Shown: one piece after another, positions 8,495 through 17,893 of the stretch
Position numbering within the stretch: the stretch's first letter is position 1
Layout: each line of letters opens with the position of its first letter
IMG/VR virus record: IMGVR_UViG_3300044639_001642
Span: 1 to 29,080 of that record
Origin: a virus
Lineage: Duplodnaviria > Caudoviricetes
Length of the DNA: 29,080 bases
Strand: one strand, 5' to 3'
Made by a program: the position numbers and the translations under genes
The notes under the pieces: model-generated
What the model saw: only the letters and a program-made list of their open reading frames with translations
The model's database searches: none
What the model was told of the DNA's origin: nothing

Positions 8495-9549
8495 ATATTG
8501 GTATAATTGGAATTGGTAATTTAGGTCTAAATTTATTAAATTTTTTATCTGAACAAAAACATGAAATTTATGTTTCAGATGTTGATGGTGATAATGTTGA
8601 AGTTATTAAAAACTCTGATGTTATTTTTTGTTGTGTGGATACAAATATTTTACCATCAAATTTGTTGGATATAAAAAATGTAATGAGTGTTGTTGAGGAT
8701 TTTGGTGTTTCATTTGAAAATGAAGTACCATTATATGACAAAATTTTTGTAATCTGTTCTACTTTAAATCCAGGTGACACAAAACAAATATCTGAAATTT
8801 TAAATCCGATGAATTTAAGTATTTGTTATCTCCCTTTAATTGTTAAGTCAGATAACACATTATCATTAGAAACTTTAGTAATTGGTACTATTGATTCACA
8901 CATTGTTAACACCATCTCAGATATATTTCAACCACATCAAGACAAAAAAATAAATGTAGTATCTATGACAAGTAAATCTGCCGAAATATATAGATTGGCA
9001 TATAGTTCTTACATCTATTATAAAATAAATTTTGCTAATTTTTTAGGTGAATTAATGTTAAATTTTGGTACATCAGATGAAACAAAATTACTTCTTAAAA
9101 GTTTAGGATATGACAAATCAATTGCCGAACAAAACTTTAATTTTGGATTTGGTGTTGGTGGACCTTGGATACCAACGGAAAATAGAGTTTTTGGTCAAGT
9201 TGCAAATGGTAATAAATTAGATTTTGTATTACCATTTGTTAATGATGATTTTAATCTTAATCATAATGAGTTTATAAAAAATCATTTTATAAAAACTAAT
9301 CCCGATAAATCACAACCATTTGTCATATCAGGTATTGGGTATAAGGATAATTCAATTAGTATTAAAGAATCTTCTAAACTTGAATTAGTATATGGTTTAT
9401 TAAAAGAGGGTTATACTGTGTTTATTATTGAAAGTGATGAGTTTATTAAAAATGTAAAAGTTGTTAAAGAATTAGTTTTTGACTTTGGTGAAAAAGTAAA
9501 GTTCTTTAAAAAGGGTACATCGCCCAAAGGAGTATACATTAATTTTTAA
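8491..9549 (+). CDS. UDP-glucose/GDP-mannose dehydrogenase family protein with degenerate catalytic residues
   Basis: GIIGIGNLG, ST..PGDT, SAEIYRLAYSSY..KINFANFLGEL, GFGVGGPWIPTE and GIGYK..KESS. The catalytic Cys position is Trp and the catalytic Lys position is Arg. Confidence 0.8.
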   Translation: MNIGIIGIGNLGLNLLNFLSEQKHEIYVSDVDGDNVEVIKNSDVIFCCVDTNILPSNLLDIKNVMSVVEDFGVSFENEVPLYDKIFVICSTLNPGDTKQISEILNPMNLSICYLPLIVKSDNTLSLETLVIGTIDSHIVNTISDIFQPHQDKKINVVSMTSKSAEIYRLAYSSYIYYKINFANFLGELMLNFGTSDETKLLLKSLGYDKSIAEQNFNFGFGVGGPWIPTENRVFGQVANGNKLDFVLPFVNDDFNLNHNEFIKNHFIKTNPDKSQPFVISGIGYKDNSISIKESSKLELVYGLLKEGYTVFIIESDEFIKNVKVVKELVFDFGEKVKFFKKGTSPKGVYINF

Positions 9550-9586
9550 TGTTTCTTTTATTATTATATTTCATAAATTATAAGTA

Positions 9587-10339
9587 ATGGAAAAAAAACC
9601 AAGAAAAAAACCAAGCGTTACCTCTAAAACAACAGCGTTTAGCGGGGAAACCAGAATTACACCTAAATCAAAAAAAGAAATTATTGCTTCTGTAATTTCA
9701 AAACCAACAAAAGAAAAATTTTTAACTGAAAATCAAAGATTATATTATGATTTATTACAAAAAAATCAAATAATTGTATGTTCAGGTCCAGCTGGTGTTG
9801 GTAAAAGTTATATTGCAATGAAAGCTGCTGTGGATTTACTTGTAGACCCAACAACTCCTTATGAAAAAATCATTATTGTTAGACCCGCAGTTGAAGCTGA
9901 AGAAAAACTTGGAGCGTTACCAGGTAATGTTGAAGAAAAATTAGACCCATATATTTTCCCATCTTACTATCTATTAAATAAAATAATAGGTAAAGATAAA
10001 AGAGAATATTTAAAAAATATTGAAGCTATTGAAGTTTTTGCATTAGCCTATATGAGAGGTATGAACATTGACAATTCAATCTTAATTTTTGAAGAAGCAC
10101 AAAACTGTACACCAAAACAAATGAAACTTTTATTAACTAGAATTGGTTTTAAAAGTAAATTCTTTATTTCAGGTGATTTAGAACAAACTGACAGATATAA
10201 AGATAAAACACATTCTGGATTGTGGGATGCAATTGATAAATTTAAAAATGTTAATGATATTGGTGTTTTTGAATTTAACGACAAAGATATTGTTAGAAAT
10301 CCATTAATTTCACAAATTTTAAGTAAATACGAAGAATGA
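9587..10339 (+). CDS. phoH: PhoH-family ATPase
   Basis: Walker A GPAGVGKS, RPAVE, LGALPG, AYMRG, EEAQN, LLTRIG, GDLEQTD and DIVRNPL. Confidence 0.95.
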   Translation: MEKKPRKKPSVTSKTTAFSGETRITPKSKKEIIASVISKPTKEKFLTENQRLYYDLLQKNQIIVCSGPAGVGKSYIAMKAAVDLLVDPTTPYEKIIIVRPAVEAEEKLGALPGNVEEKLDPYIFPSYYLLNKIIGKDKREYLKNIEAIEVFALAYMRGMNIDNSILIFEEAQNCTPKQMKLLLTRIGFKSKFFISGDLEQTDRYKDKTHSGLWDAIDKFKNVNDIGVFEFNDKDIVRNPLISQILSKYEE

Positions 10340-10929
10340 GAATTGCAATTGACATTGATGGAGTATTAAGAGATACTTTTACAAAAATAGAACAAATCTA
10401 TCAAAAGTATTTTATTGATGAATTAGAACTTGTTGATGATGATTTTAAATATGAAATTATCACACCGTATGATACTTCAGAATATTCAAACCATTTTAAA
10501 TTTAAAACTGATGAAGAATATTTGTCATTTATGTATGAAGAGTTTGCAATGGAAATATTTGGACATTCACCATCAACTGAAATGTCAACATTTTATGATT
10601 TAAATGATTTAATTGTAAAATACAAAGATAATGTAAAATTTTTATTAATTTCAAAACAAATTAGTAAAACAAAACCCGCAACATTATTTTTTGTTTCAAA
10701 ATTTGGATGTGAGATTGAAAAAATTGTATTTTATAACCAATTAACAAAAGATGATGTATGGAGTGAATTTGATGTTTTAATTACAGCAAATCCTGATTTA
10801 TTATCACAAAAAGATAATAAAACTTTAATTAAATATGAAACTTCCTATAATTTAAAAATAGAGTCTGATATTACCATTTCAGATTTAAAAGAATTAGATA
10901 AAAAAATTGAAATTTTAATAGAAAAATGA
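10336..10929 (+). CDS. HAD-superfamily 5'(3')-deoxyribonucleotidase-like protein
   Basis: N-terminal IAIDIDGVLRD (DxDGV). The C-terminal HAD motif IV looks divergent. Confidence 0.65.
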   Translation: MRIAIDIDGVLRDTFTKIEQIYQKYFIDELELVDDDFKYEIITPYDTSEYSNHFKFKTDEEYLSFMYEEFAMEIFGHSPSTEMSTFYDLNDLIVKYKDNVKFLLISKQISKTKPATLFFVSKFGCEIEKIVFYNQLTKDDVWSEFDVLITANPDLLSQKDNKTLIKYETSYNLKIESDITISDLKELDKKIEILIEK

Positions 10930-11201
10930 TTACATTATTTGGTGAAAACTACTACATAAATTTGGATAATATTGACAAATATGTTAATATTCAAACCCCA
11001 TCAGTATCAGGTTCAACTGAACCTGAACAACATATTTCAATTGTGAAATATGAAATGGTTAAAACTCTTACTGATGTAATTTTAAGTGAGAGTGAAGATA
11101 TTGATGAAAAACTTGGTGGAAAAGCATCAGGGCATCTTACAATACCATTTAAATTAGCATGGAACACAATGTTAGTTAATAAATTAATTGAAAAATTTTA
11201 A
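10926..11201 (+). CDS. Hypothetical protein
   Basis: 91 aa ORF with an ATGA overlap to the previous gene. Confidence 0.6.
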   Translation: MITLFGENYYINLDNIDKYVNIQTPSVSGSTEPEQHISIVKYEMVKTLTDVILSESEDIDEKLGGKASGHLTIPFKLAWNTMLVNKLIEKF

Positions 11202-11209
11202 GTACAGAT

Positions 11210-12262
11210 ATGGAAAACGAAATGATTGAAAAAATCAAAGGGTCAATAAAAAATATTGACGAGAAATTAAACAAAATTTACTTCTTTGTACAAGACACAA
11301 GAGGAAACGCCAAAGCATCTATTAGATACATTTATGAAATGGCATTAACACTTAAAAATAATGGTCACAATGTTGTAATGCTTTATGAGAAAAAAGAATA
11401 CACACCAGTTACTTCTTGGTTATCAGGACCATATGATGAAATTCAACATCAAACTTTAGAAGGAACAAATTTAGCTGTGGCACCTGAAGATGTGTTGGTT
11501 ATTCCTGAAATCTTTGGATTTATTATGGAACAAGTAAAAAACTTACCATGTGGTAAAATTGTTTTAAGTCAAGCTTATGACCATATTTTAGAGACTTTAG
11601 CACCTGGAGCTACGTGGCAACAATATGGTTTTTATAAATGTATTACAACATCTGAAGCTCAAAAAGAATATATCAATAGAATAATGAAAAACACATCAAT
11701 TGATGTTGTTGAACCTGTAATTTCAGACTCATTTAAAAAACAAGCTTATCCACCAAAACCAATGATTGGTGTTCTTGCAAGAGAACAACGAGAAGGATTA
11801 AATATTATTAAACAATTTTACATCAAATACCCACAATATAGATTCTTCACATTTAAAGATTTACGTGGTTTATCACAAGATGATTTTGCAAATGCATTAC
11901 AAGAATGTTTTTTAGGTGTTTGGATTGACCCAACATCATCATTTGGTACTTTCCCATTAGAGTGTATGAAAACAGGTATTCCAGTTGTTGGAAAAACACC
12001 TTATATGGTATCTGATTGGATTACGGAGAAAAATGGTGTTTGGGTAGAAAACCCACTACAACTTGTTGATGTAATAGCTGATGTTGTACAAACTTGGTTA
12101 GAAGATAACATTCTTGTTGACTTATATACTGAAGGTGAAAAAACCGCAGAAAAATATACAAATAAAGAAAAATTTGATACTGATGTTATGGAAATATTTA
12201 CATCATTTATCACTAAACGTAAAGAAGCTTTTGAAGCACAAATTCAAACCGAAACTGTATAA
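11210..12262 (+). CDS. GT-B fold (GT4-like) glycosyltransferase
   Basis: IYEMALTLKNNGHNV, DVLVIPE and a C-terminal FGTFPLECMKTGIPVVG resembling the GT4 FGLPxLEAMAxGxPVV signature. Confidence 0.75.
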   Translation: MENEMIEKIKGSIKNIDEKLNKIYFFVQDTRGNAKASIRYIYEMALTLKNNGHNVVMLYEKKEYTPVTSWLSGPYDEIQHQTLEGTNLAVAPEDVLVIPEIFGFIMEQVKNLPCGKIVLSQAYDHILETLAPGATWQQYGFYKCITTSEAQKEYINRIMKNTSIDVVEPVISDSFKKQAYPPKPMIGVLAREQREGLNIIKQFYIKYPQYRFFTFKDLRGLSQDDFANALQECFLGVWIDPTSSFGTFPLECMKTGIPVVGKTPYMVSDWITEKNGVWVENPLQLVDVIADVVQTWLEDNILVDLYTEGEKTAEKYTNKEKFDTDVMEIFTSFITKRKEAFEAQIQTETV

Positions 12263-12264
12263 TC

Positions 12265-13071
12265 ATGGAAAAGAAATTAGATTTATCCGTAATATTACCA
12301 ATTAAATCATCAATTGTTAGAGATTTTGATGAATATTTTGAAAAAGCAATTAAATCATTACAAATACAAAACGTTCCTTGTAATGAATTAATTATTGTTC
12401 ATACAAATGAAGAATCATTAGTTAATAAATTACAATCTTTTGATTTTGGAACCTTAAATGTTAAACTTGTAGAATATACAGGTACACCTAACTATCAAAG
12501 TCAAGTATCACTTGGTGTGGAAAATTCATCTAGTACATGGGTTTCTTTTTTTGAATTTGATGATGAATATGCAAATATTTGGTTTAATAATGTTTTAAAA
12601 TATAGTGAATTTTATCCTGATGTAGATGCGTTTTTACCAATTGTTGTTGACGTTGATAATAAAGATACTTTTGCTGGGTTTACAAATGAAGCAACATTTG
12701 CTGCAAACTTTACTCAAGAAATGGGTTATTTAAATAATGAAACATTGTTAGATTATCAAAATTTTCAAACAGCTGGTATGGTAATTAAAAAATCAAAACT
12801 TGAAGATTTTGGTAGTTTTAAATCATCAGTTAAATTGACATTTGTTTATGAATTCCTACTTCGTATGACTTATAATTCATTGAGAATTATGACTATACCA
12901 AAACTTGGTTATAAACACACTAGCATGAGAGAAGGTTCAATATTTTGGAACTACAAAAATGGCGATGATGTAATGACTGAAAATGAAGTAAAATTTTGGA
13001 TTTCTACCGCAAAAAAAGAATACTTCTTTAAAGACGACAGAAATATAAAGTATGAAGTTCAAAATGCTTAA
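12265..13071 (+). CDS. GT2-family (GT-A) glycosyltransferase
   Basis: LSVILPI..AIKSLQIQ..ELIIV and WVSFFEFDDEY (DxD-like). Confidence 0.8.
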   Translation: MEKKLDLSVILPIKSSIVRDFDEYFEKAIKSLQIQNVPCNELIIVHTNEESLVNKLQSFDFGTLNVKLVEYTGTPNYQSQVSLGVENSSSTWVSFFEFDDEYANIWFNNVLKYSEFYPDVDAFLPIVVDVDNKDTFAGFTNEATFAANFTQEMGYLNNETLLDYQNFQTAGMVIKKSKLEDFGSFKSSVKLTFVYEFLLRMTYNSLRIMTIPKLGYKHTSMREGSIFWNYKNGDDVMTENEVKFWISTAKKEYFFKDDRNIKYEVQNA

Positions 13072-13808
13072 TGTTATCTGCCGAAACAACCTCAGATTCA
13101 GCTAAGAAAAGAGGTAGAAAAGCTACTAATGTAAATTATTTTGACGTTGCAGAAGAGGCTGCGGTAAGGAGATATCTTACCGCAGAAACTTTTGAAGAAA
13201 AAAATGCAATTTACAATGAGTTTTTAAGAGGACCTTTAGATAAGATGATTTCATCAATCATCCGTAGATATAAACTATATCGTAAAGATATGAATTTTAC
13301 GGATATTCATACTGATACTCATTCTTTTTTGATGACAAAGGTTGATAAATTTAAACCTTCAAAAGAAAAGAAGGCTTATTCTTATTTTGGTACTATTTGT
13401 AAAAATTATTTAATGGGTCAAATTATAAAAGACCAAAAAGATACAAATAGAAAAATTTCATACGAAGATATTTCATCTAGTTTAGAACAGAGACCTGACA
13501 TGGTCTATTATATGGAATTGGAAAAAACTGAAGCCGATGATGTAATACAACAATTTTTAAATGAACTTAAAGATTATGTAGATAACGAATCTTTAACCGA
13601 CAATGAAAGAAAACTTGGTATTGCACTACTTGAATTATTTGAAAATTATAAGACTATTTTTTTAGGGACGGATAATAATAAATTTAACAAAAATATTATT
13701 TTATTATCAATTCGTGAGATGACAAACCTTTCAACAAAAGAAATTAGAACGGCAATGAAACGTTTTAAAAAATTATATTATGTGGTTCTAAATGACATGA
13801 TAGAATAA
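13071..13808 (+). CDS. Phage late-transcription sigma factor, T4 gp55-like
   Basis: KFKPSKEKKAYSYFGTICKNYL resembles the gp55 region-2 motif (FDPEK..NPFAYFTQI). N-terminal NYF, and position immediately before structural genes. Confidence 0.7.
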   Translation: MLSAETTSDSAKKRGRKATNVNYFDVAEEAAVRRYLTAETFEEKNAIYNEFLRGPLDKMISSIIRRYKLYRKDMNFTDIHTDTHSFLMTKVDKFKPSKEKKAYSYFGTICKNYLMGQIIKDQKDTNRKISYEDISSSLEQRPDMVYYMELEKTEADDVIQQFLNELKDYVDNESLTDNERKLGIALLELFENYKTIFLGTDNNKFNKNIILLSIREMTNLSTKEIRTAMKRFKKLYYVVLNDMIE

Positions 13809-13824
13809 AAAACATTAAAAATAA

Positions 13825-13831
13825 TATTTAT
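13825..13831 (+). promoter_or_regulatory. Putative late promoter motif TATTTAT
   Basis: Ends 4 nt before ATG 13836. The same motif precedes six other putative late genes. Confidence 0.6.
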
Positions 13832-13835
13832 CAGT

Positions 13836-14204
13836 ATGTCAAGACCAAAAAAAAAGGAAATAGCGTTAAATAAAGATTCCGTTCTTTCATTATTACAAGA
13901 AATTTATAATGAGCTTGTAGAACAAAGGTCTACGGCAATTAGGGTTCAAAATAAAATGTTAGCAATGCTAAAAGACCCTGAAGACATGACTGTAATTGGT
14001 CCTGTTTTAGAAAAACAACAAAAAATAATTAATGATGTGGTTGAAAAGAAATTAACTTTAGCCAAACTACAATCAACTATATGGGAGAAATCAAACAAGG
14101 TTGAAGATGATTTATCTTTAGGTGATATTGATGATGAAATGTTACAATCATTAATATCAAAAGATATTGAAAATATTAATGATAAACCATACAAATTAAA
14201 ATAA
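13836..14204 (+). CDS. Helical hypothetical protein, possibly terminase small subunit-like
   Basis: Two long amphipathic helices and an acidic tail, preceded by the late motif. The TerS assignment is speculative. Confidence 0.5.
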   Translation: MSRPKKKEIALNKDSVLSLLQEIYNELVEQRSTAIRVQNKMLAMLKDPEDMTVIGPVLEKQQKIINDVVEKKLTLAKLQSTIWEKSNKVEDDLSLGDIDDEMLQSLISKDIENINDKPYKLK

Positions 14205-14210
14205 TTTGCT

Positions 14211-16172
14211 ATGCCAGCAGTTGATTTAAATAAACAATATAGTCGTGTTGAAGAACGAGTTAAATCATTAGAAACTTACAATCAAGTTACTGATGCAACA
14301 AAACAAATTATTTCACAACAACAATCATCATTAGAAAAGGCTGAGGATAGTGTTAGTAGTCCAATAGACCAATTAGCAGAACAAAAAAAAAGATATCAAA
14401 GACAAGTTAGTAGTCAATTAGAAAAACTTGTAGATATTAACAAACTTTTACCCGATAATAGAATGTCTGGTAAAACAAGTAGTTCAAGTGTTGGACTAAT
14501 TAAAAACCAATTTACAGAAGCATTAAACACTATTATCGCATTAATTCCTGAAATTATAACTAAAGAAATGATGAAACAATTGGGTTGCTCACAAGAACAA
14601 ACCTATGATTCATCAATAGCCAGTAAAGGTATTTATGTACCTGTGTCAAGTGTTGATTTATTTGGATTATTAAAAGTTTCTCCTGATACACCATTAGGTA
14701 AATTAAGTTATGAAACAAAAAATGTCCAAGTTCAACAAAATCCATTTTCAATGAATAGAGAATTGTACAACCGCATTCAAAATGAAGGTGTTTCGTATGA
14801 TGATGATAATGGAAAAAATTATTTAGGGTCATCAAAACAAAGTCTTTTTAATATAACATATGTTAAACAAGATGGTTTTGGTAATAAAGGAGATTTTTTT
14901 CAAGTACAATTAATCAATAGAGATAATAATCAAAATTTGGTTAGTCAGTTTATGACCGATTATTTCACAACAATTAAAATTGTTGATTTAAAAAATGTTT
15001 TTTTACAAGTATTTCAAATATTATTTGGAGCTATTTCAATAAATGTTAAAATGGGTGCTGGTGAAATTGAAGACCAACAATATTTCCAAAAAATTCTTAC
15101 AAGAATTATGGGTTTATGTTTTGATGATAGAGCCGAAATTGATGTTAGTGGAAATGCTAAGGTTGCACCGTTAGATGGTGTTGATGATAGTTTCTTTGAA
15201 TTAACGGACATTGATATTAGACAGATTGAATCTGAAATATCTAATATTCAAAGAGGTGTTGTTGAATATCCTGATTGTACAAATGTAAAATTACCAGTTA
15301 ATACTGATGATTTATTTGATACTTTAAATGAATTATTGTTCATTAGTGATAGTGATTCTGCGGCTAATACTGCTGTATTTAACAAGGCAGTTGATTCTGT
15401 TAAAAAGAATAGACAATGGCCTCAAATTGACCAAATTGGTTTAACAATTGATGGTGGAATAATTAAAGCAATACCAAACGCTTTATATTCAGCCATAATT
15501 TCACCAAAAGTATTATTACCATTTATGACAATGTTTAAAGCCTTAGAACAAATTGTGGTTAATAGTGCTGGTTCAGCTGTAGACCAAGTTTACGATTTAA
15601 AATCTTACATGAAAATATTCAGTAAGATGAACATTGAGATTATGTCTCAAATTGGGGCGGAGTTTGTAAAAATTCTTAGAAATATCATAATTCGTGATAT
15701 TAGAAAATTACTTCAAAAAATAACTGCCGATTTAAAGAGAAATCAATTAACAAAAAAATACGCCATTATATCACAATTAATTGAGGCGGCAATTTTAGTG
15801 ACACAATTTATTGATGACTATAGAAGGTGTAAAAGTGTAATTGATGATATTTTAAATATTATTGAATTTGCCCTAAGAGGAACTAATATTCAAATACCAC
15901 CATTTTTATTACCGTTAGCGGCATTAAGAACAGGTTTTAACAATACTAGAGCAATGTTAGAGGTAATAGCACAAATGCAAAAATTAGGAATACCAACAGG
16001 ACCATTACCTGATGGTAGTCCAAATTTATATCTACAATCAATTAAAAGTCAAATTGAAGGTGTTGAATCTGAAAGAACCCAAAATAGTAAGATGAGTGCT
16101 CTAACACCACAACAAATTGTACTTCCAATAGGAATAACCATACCAATGCCAATGTCAGGAATATTATTATGA
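14211..16172 (+). CDS. Large hypothetical protein, probably virion or baseplate associated
   Basis: 653 aa ORF in the putative late operon upstream of the gp5-like spike. No recognised motif. Confidence 0.5.
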   Translation: MPAVDLNKQYSRVEERVKSLETYNQVTDATKQIISQQQSSLEKAEDSVSSPIDQLAEQKKRYQRQVSSQLEKLVDINKLLPDNRMSGKTSSSSVGLIKNQFTEALNTIIALIPEIITKEMMKQLGCSQEQTYDSSIASKGIYVPVSSVDLFGLLKVSPDTPLGKLSYETKNVQVQQNPFSMNRELYNRIQNEGVSYDDDNGKNYLGSSKQSLFNITYVKQDGFGNKGDFFQVQLINRDNNQNLVSQFMTDYFTTIKIVDLKNVFLQVFQILFGAISINVKMGAGEIEDQQYFQKILTRIMGLCFDDRAEIDVSGNAKVAPLDGVDDSFFELTDIDIRQIESEISNIQRGVVEYPDCTNVKLPVNTDDLFDTLNELLFISDSDSAANTAVFNKAVDSVKKNRQWPQIDQIGLTIDGGIIKAIPNALYSAIISPKVLLPFMTMFKALEQIVVNSAGSAVDQVYDLKSYMKIFSKMNIEIMSQIGAEFVKILRNIIIRDIRKLLQKITADLKRNQLTKKYAIISQLIEAAILVTQFIDDYRRCKSVIDDILNIIEFALRGTNIQIPPFLLPLAALRTGFNNTRAMLEVIAQMQKLGIPTGPLPDGSPNLYLQSIKSQIEGVESERTQNSKMSALTPQQIVLPIGITIPMPMSGILL

Positions 16173-16399
16173 TACAATCAAATAAATTATCATTTGAAGA
16201 AATGAACGAAATTGTTTCTGATATGAAAAATAGGGGTAATTCTGATTTAACTAAAGTTATGGATTTTTTGTCCGATGATTTTGAAGAAACTAAAAATTTA
16301 GTTATTGAACTAACGGTTCATTTAGATAATATAGAAACTTTATATGATAGGGTTTTAAAAGAACATACTGCAAGAACAAATGGACAAGTCATTTCGTAA
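16169..16399 (+). CDS. Small coiled-coil hypothetical protein
   Basis: 76 aa ORF overlapping both neighbours. Confidence 0.55.
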   Translation: MIQSNKLSFEEMNEIVSDMKNRGNSDLTKVMDFLSDDFEETKNLVIELTVHLDNIETLYDRVLKEHTARTNGQVIS

Positions 16400-17870
16400 A
16401 TTAATATTTCCTGCCAAAGTTGAGGATAATCAGGACCCAATGATGTTGGGTAGAATTCGTGCATATCCTTTGGACCAAAATGATAGGGCGGTATTAGAAG
16501 GTTTTCAATACGACCCCGCGACTGATATGTGGGGACCAAAAGACCCGTTTGTACAACTTCCACTTTTACCAATGTTCTTTAGTCAAGTTCCTGAAGTGGG
16601 TGAACGTGTTAACTTAATTTATCAAAATCCGTTGTACCCATACCAAGATGTATACTATATTCAAGGGGCATTTTCAAGTCCAATGAGTTTACCTTATGAA
16701 AACTTACAAGCCGCAAACAAATACACGTCTTTAGGTAACAGAGTAAAAGGATTATTAGCCTTAAAGAATAAAAACGGTACACATAAAAGTGAAAAATCAA
16801 AAGGTATTTTTCCTGAACCTGGTGACAACGCTTTATTAGGTAGAGGTGCCGCTGATGTTATTGTTAAACCTGATACAGTATTATTAAGAGCCGGTAAAAC
16901 AAAAAGATTAGATACTAGTAAACAACCAATTGCAAACAACACAAGAGCCTATGTACAACTTTCAAGTTTTGACACACAAGTTGTTAGTAAAAAACCACAA
17001 TCATTTCTTAAATTAAATACAGTAAATCAAGAAGTAAAAAAATTAGTAGAGTGGGATATTGAAAATTTAGAAAATCAACAAAATGCTTTCACAGGTTCAA
17101 TACGTTTATATTCTTTAAAACCTACAAATAAAACATTTACTGATAATATAAATTACGATTCAAATTTAGAAGATGTTAAGTTTTTAGAGTATTATGAAAA
17201 TTTCATAGGATTAACCTTTAATGATGCCGTTTCAAAAATAAATAATTTTATCATTGGTGTTAATAATGGTCAAATACCTAATGGTCCAAAAATTGAAAAC
17301 CAATTCCCATTTGTTTATAGACCTGACGCAACAGCCCGAGGTTATATAAATGCAATATCATTGGTATCATCTCCAATTATATTTTCAAATGTAACAAAAT
17401 TTGTTAACGCCATTACACTTAATTCAGGTTTAGGTAGTCAGAGTTATAAATTTGCTTTGGTTCGTTCTAAAGGGGAAATTGGGAAACCAATAAAAGTTGA
17501 TATTGAGACAATAACTCCAAAAGATATTGAAGCTAATTATGGTACTGTTTATGCCGCGGGTGCTGACACATTATTTTTACTTTCAAACAAGTCCAATAAA
17601 AATGTGGATTTCTTACAAAATAGCATTTATGGATTTACACAAGCAGACATCCAAGAAAAAATATTACCAAACACATCTTCAACTGTAAGGGGTGAGGAGT
17701 TAATAGAACTTTTAAATTTAATTGTAAGATACTTGGTTGCTCACGTTCACGCATTACCAGGAACTCCACCAGTACCTGTTGCAACCGATGGAACAAGTTC
17801 AACAGAAATATTATTTCAATTACAAAACGCAGCAAATAAAGTTCTTAATCCAAATATTCGCATTAATTGA
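16380..17870 (+). CDS. Baseplate central spike/hub protein, T4 gp5/P2 gpV-like
   Basis: N-terminal OB-fold signature AKVEDNQDPMMLGRIRA..PEVGERV, PGDNALLGRG, and C-terminal VRGEEL..AHVH (HxH apex motif). Confidence 0.75.
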   Translation: MDKSFRKLIFPAKVEDNQDPMMLGRIRAYPLDQNDRAVLEGFQYDPATDMWGPKDPFVQLPLLPMFFSQVPEVGERVNLIYQNPLYPYQDVYYIQGAFSSPMSLPYENLQAANKYTSLGNRVKGLLALKNKNGTHKSEKSKGIFPEPGDNALLGRGAADVIVKPDTVLLRAGKTKRLDTSKQPIANNTRAYVQLSSFDTQVVSKKPQSFLKLNTVNQEVKKLVEWDIENLENQQNAFTGSIRLYSLKPTNKTFTDNINYDSNLEDVKFLEYYENFIGLTFNDAVSKINNFIIGVNNGQIPNGPKIENQFPFVYRPDATARGYINAISLVSSPIIFSNVTKFVNAITLNSGLGSQSYKFALVRSKGEIGKPIKVDIETITPKDIEANYGTVYAAGADTLFLLSNKSNKNVDFLQNSIYGFTQADIQEKILPNTSSTVRGEELIELLNLIVRYLVAHVHALPGTPPVPVATDGTSSTEILFQLQNAANKVLNPNIRIN

Positions 17871-17877
17871 TATTTAT
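17871..17877 (+). promoter_or_regulatory. Putative late promoter motif TATTTAT
   Basis: Directly after the spike stop codon, 16 nt before ATG 17894. Confidence 0.55.
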
Positions 17878-17893
17878 ATAGAAATAATATCAA

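Noticed and set aside
1006-9549. Bacterial O-antigen/capsule locus (host chromosome or chimeric contig)
   Set aside because: No wzx/wzy/wzz/ABC transporter or priming transferase is present. The cluster overlaps the dUTPase gene and runs continuously into phoH and T4-like core genes.
9565-9572. TATATTTC before phoH as a host-type or late promoter
   Set aside because: It mismatches both motifs in very AT-rich DNA, so it cannot be supported from sequence alone.
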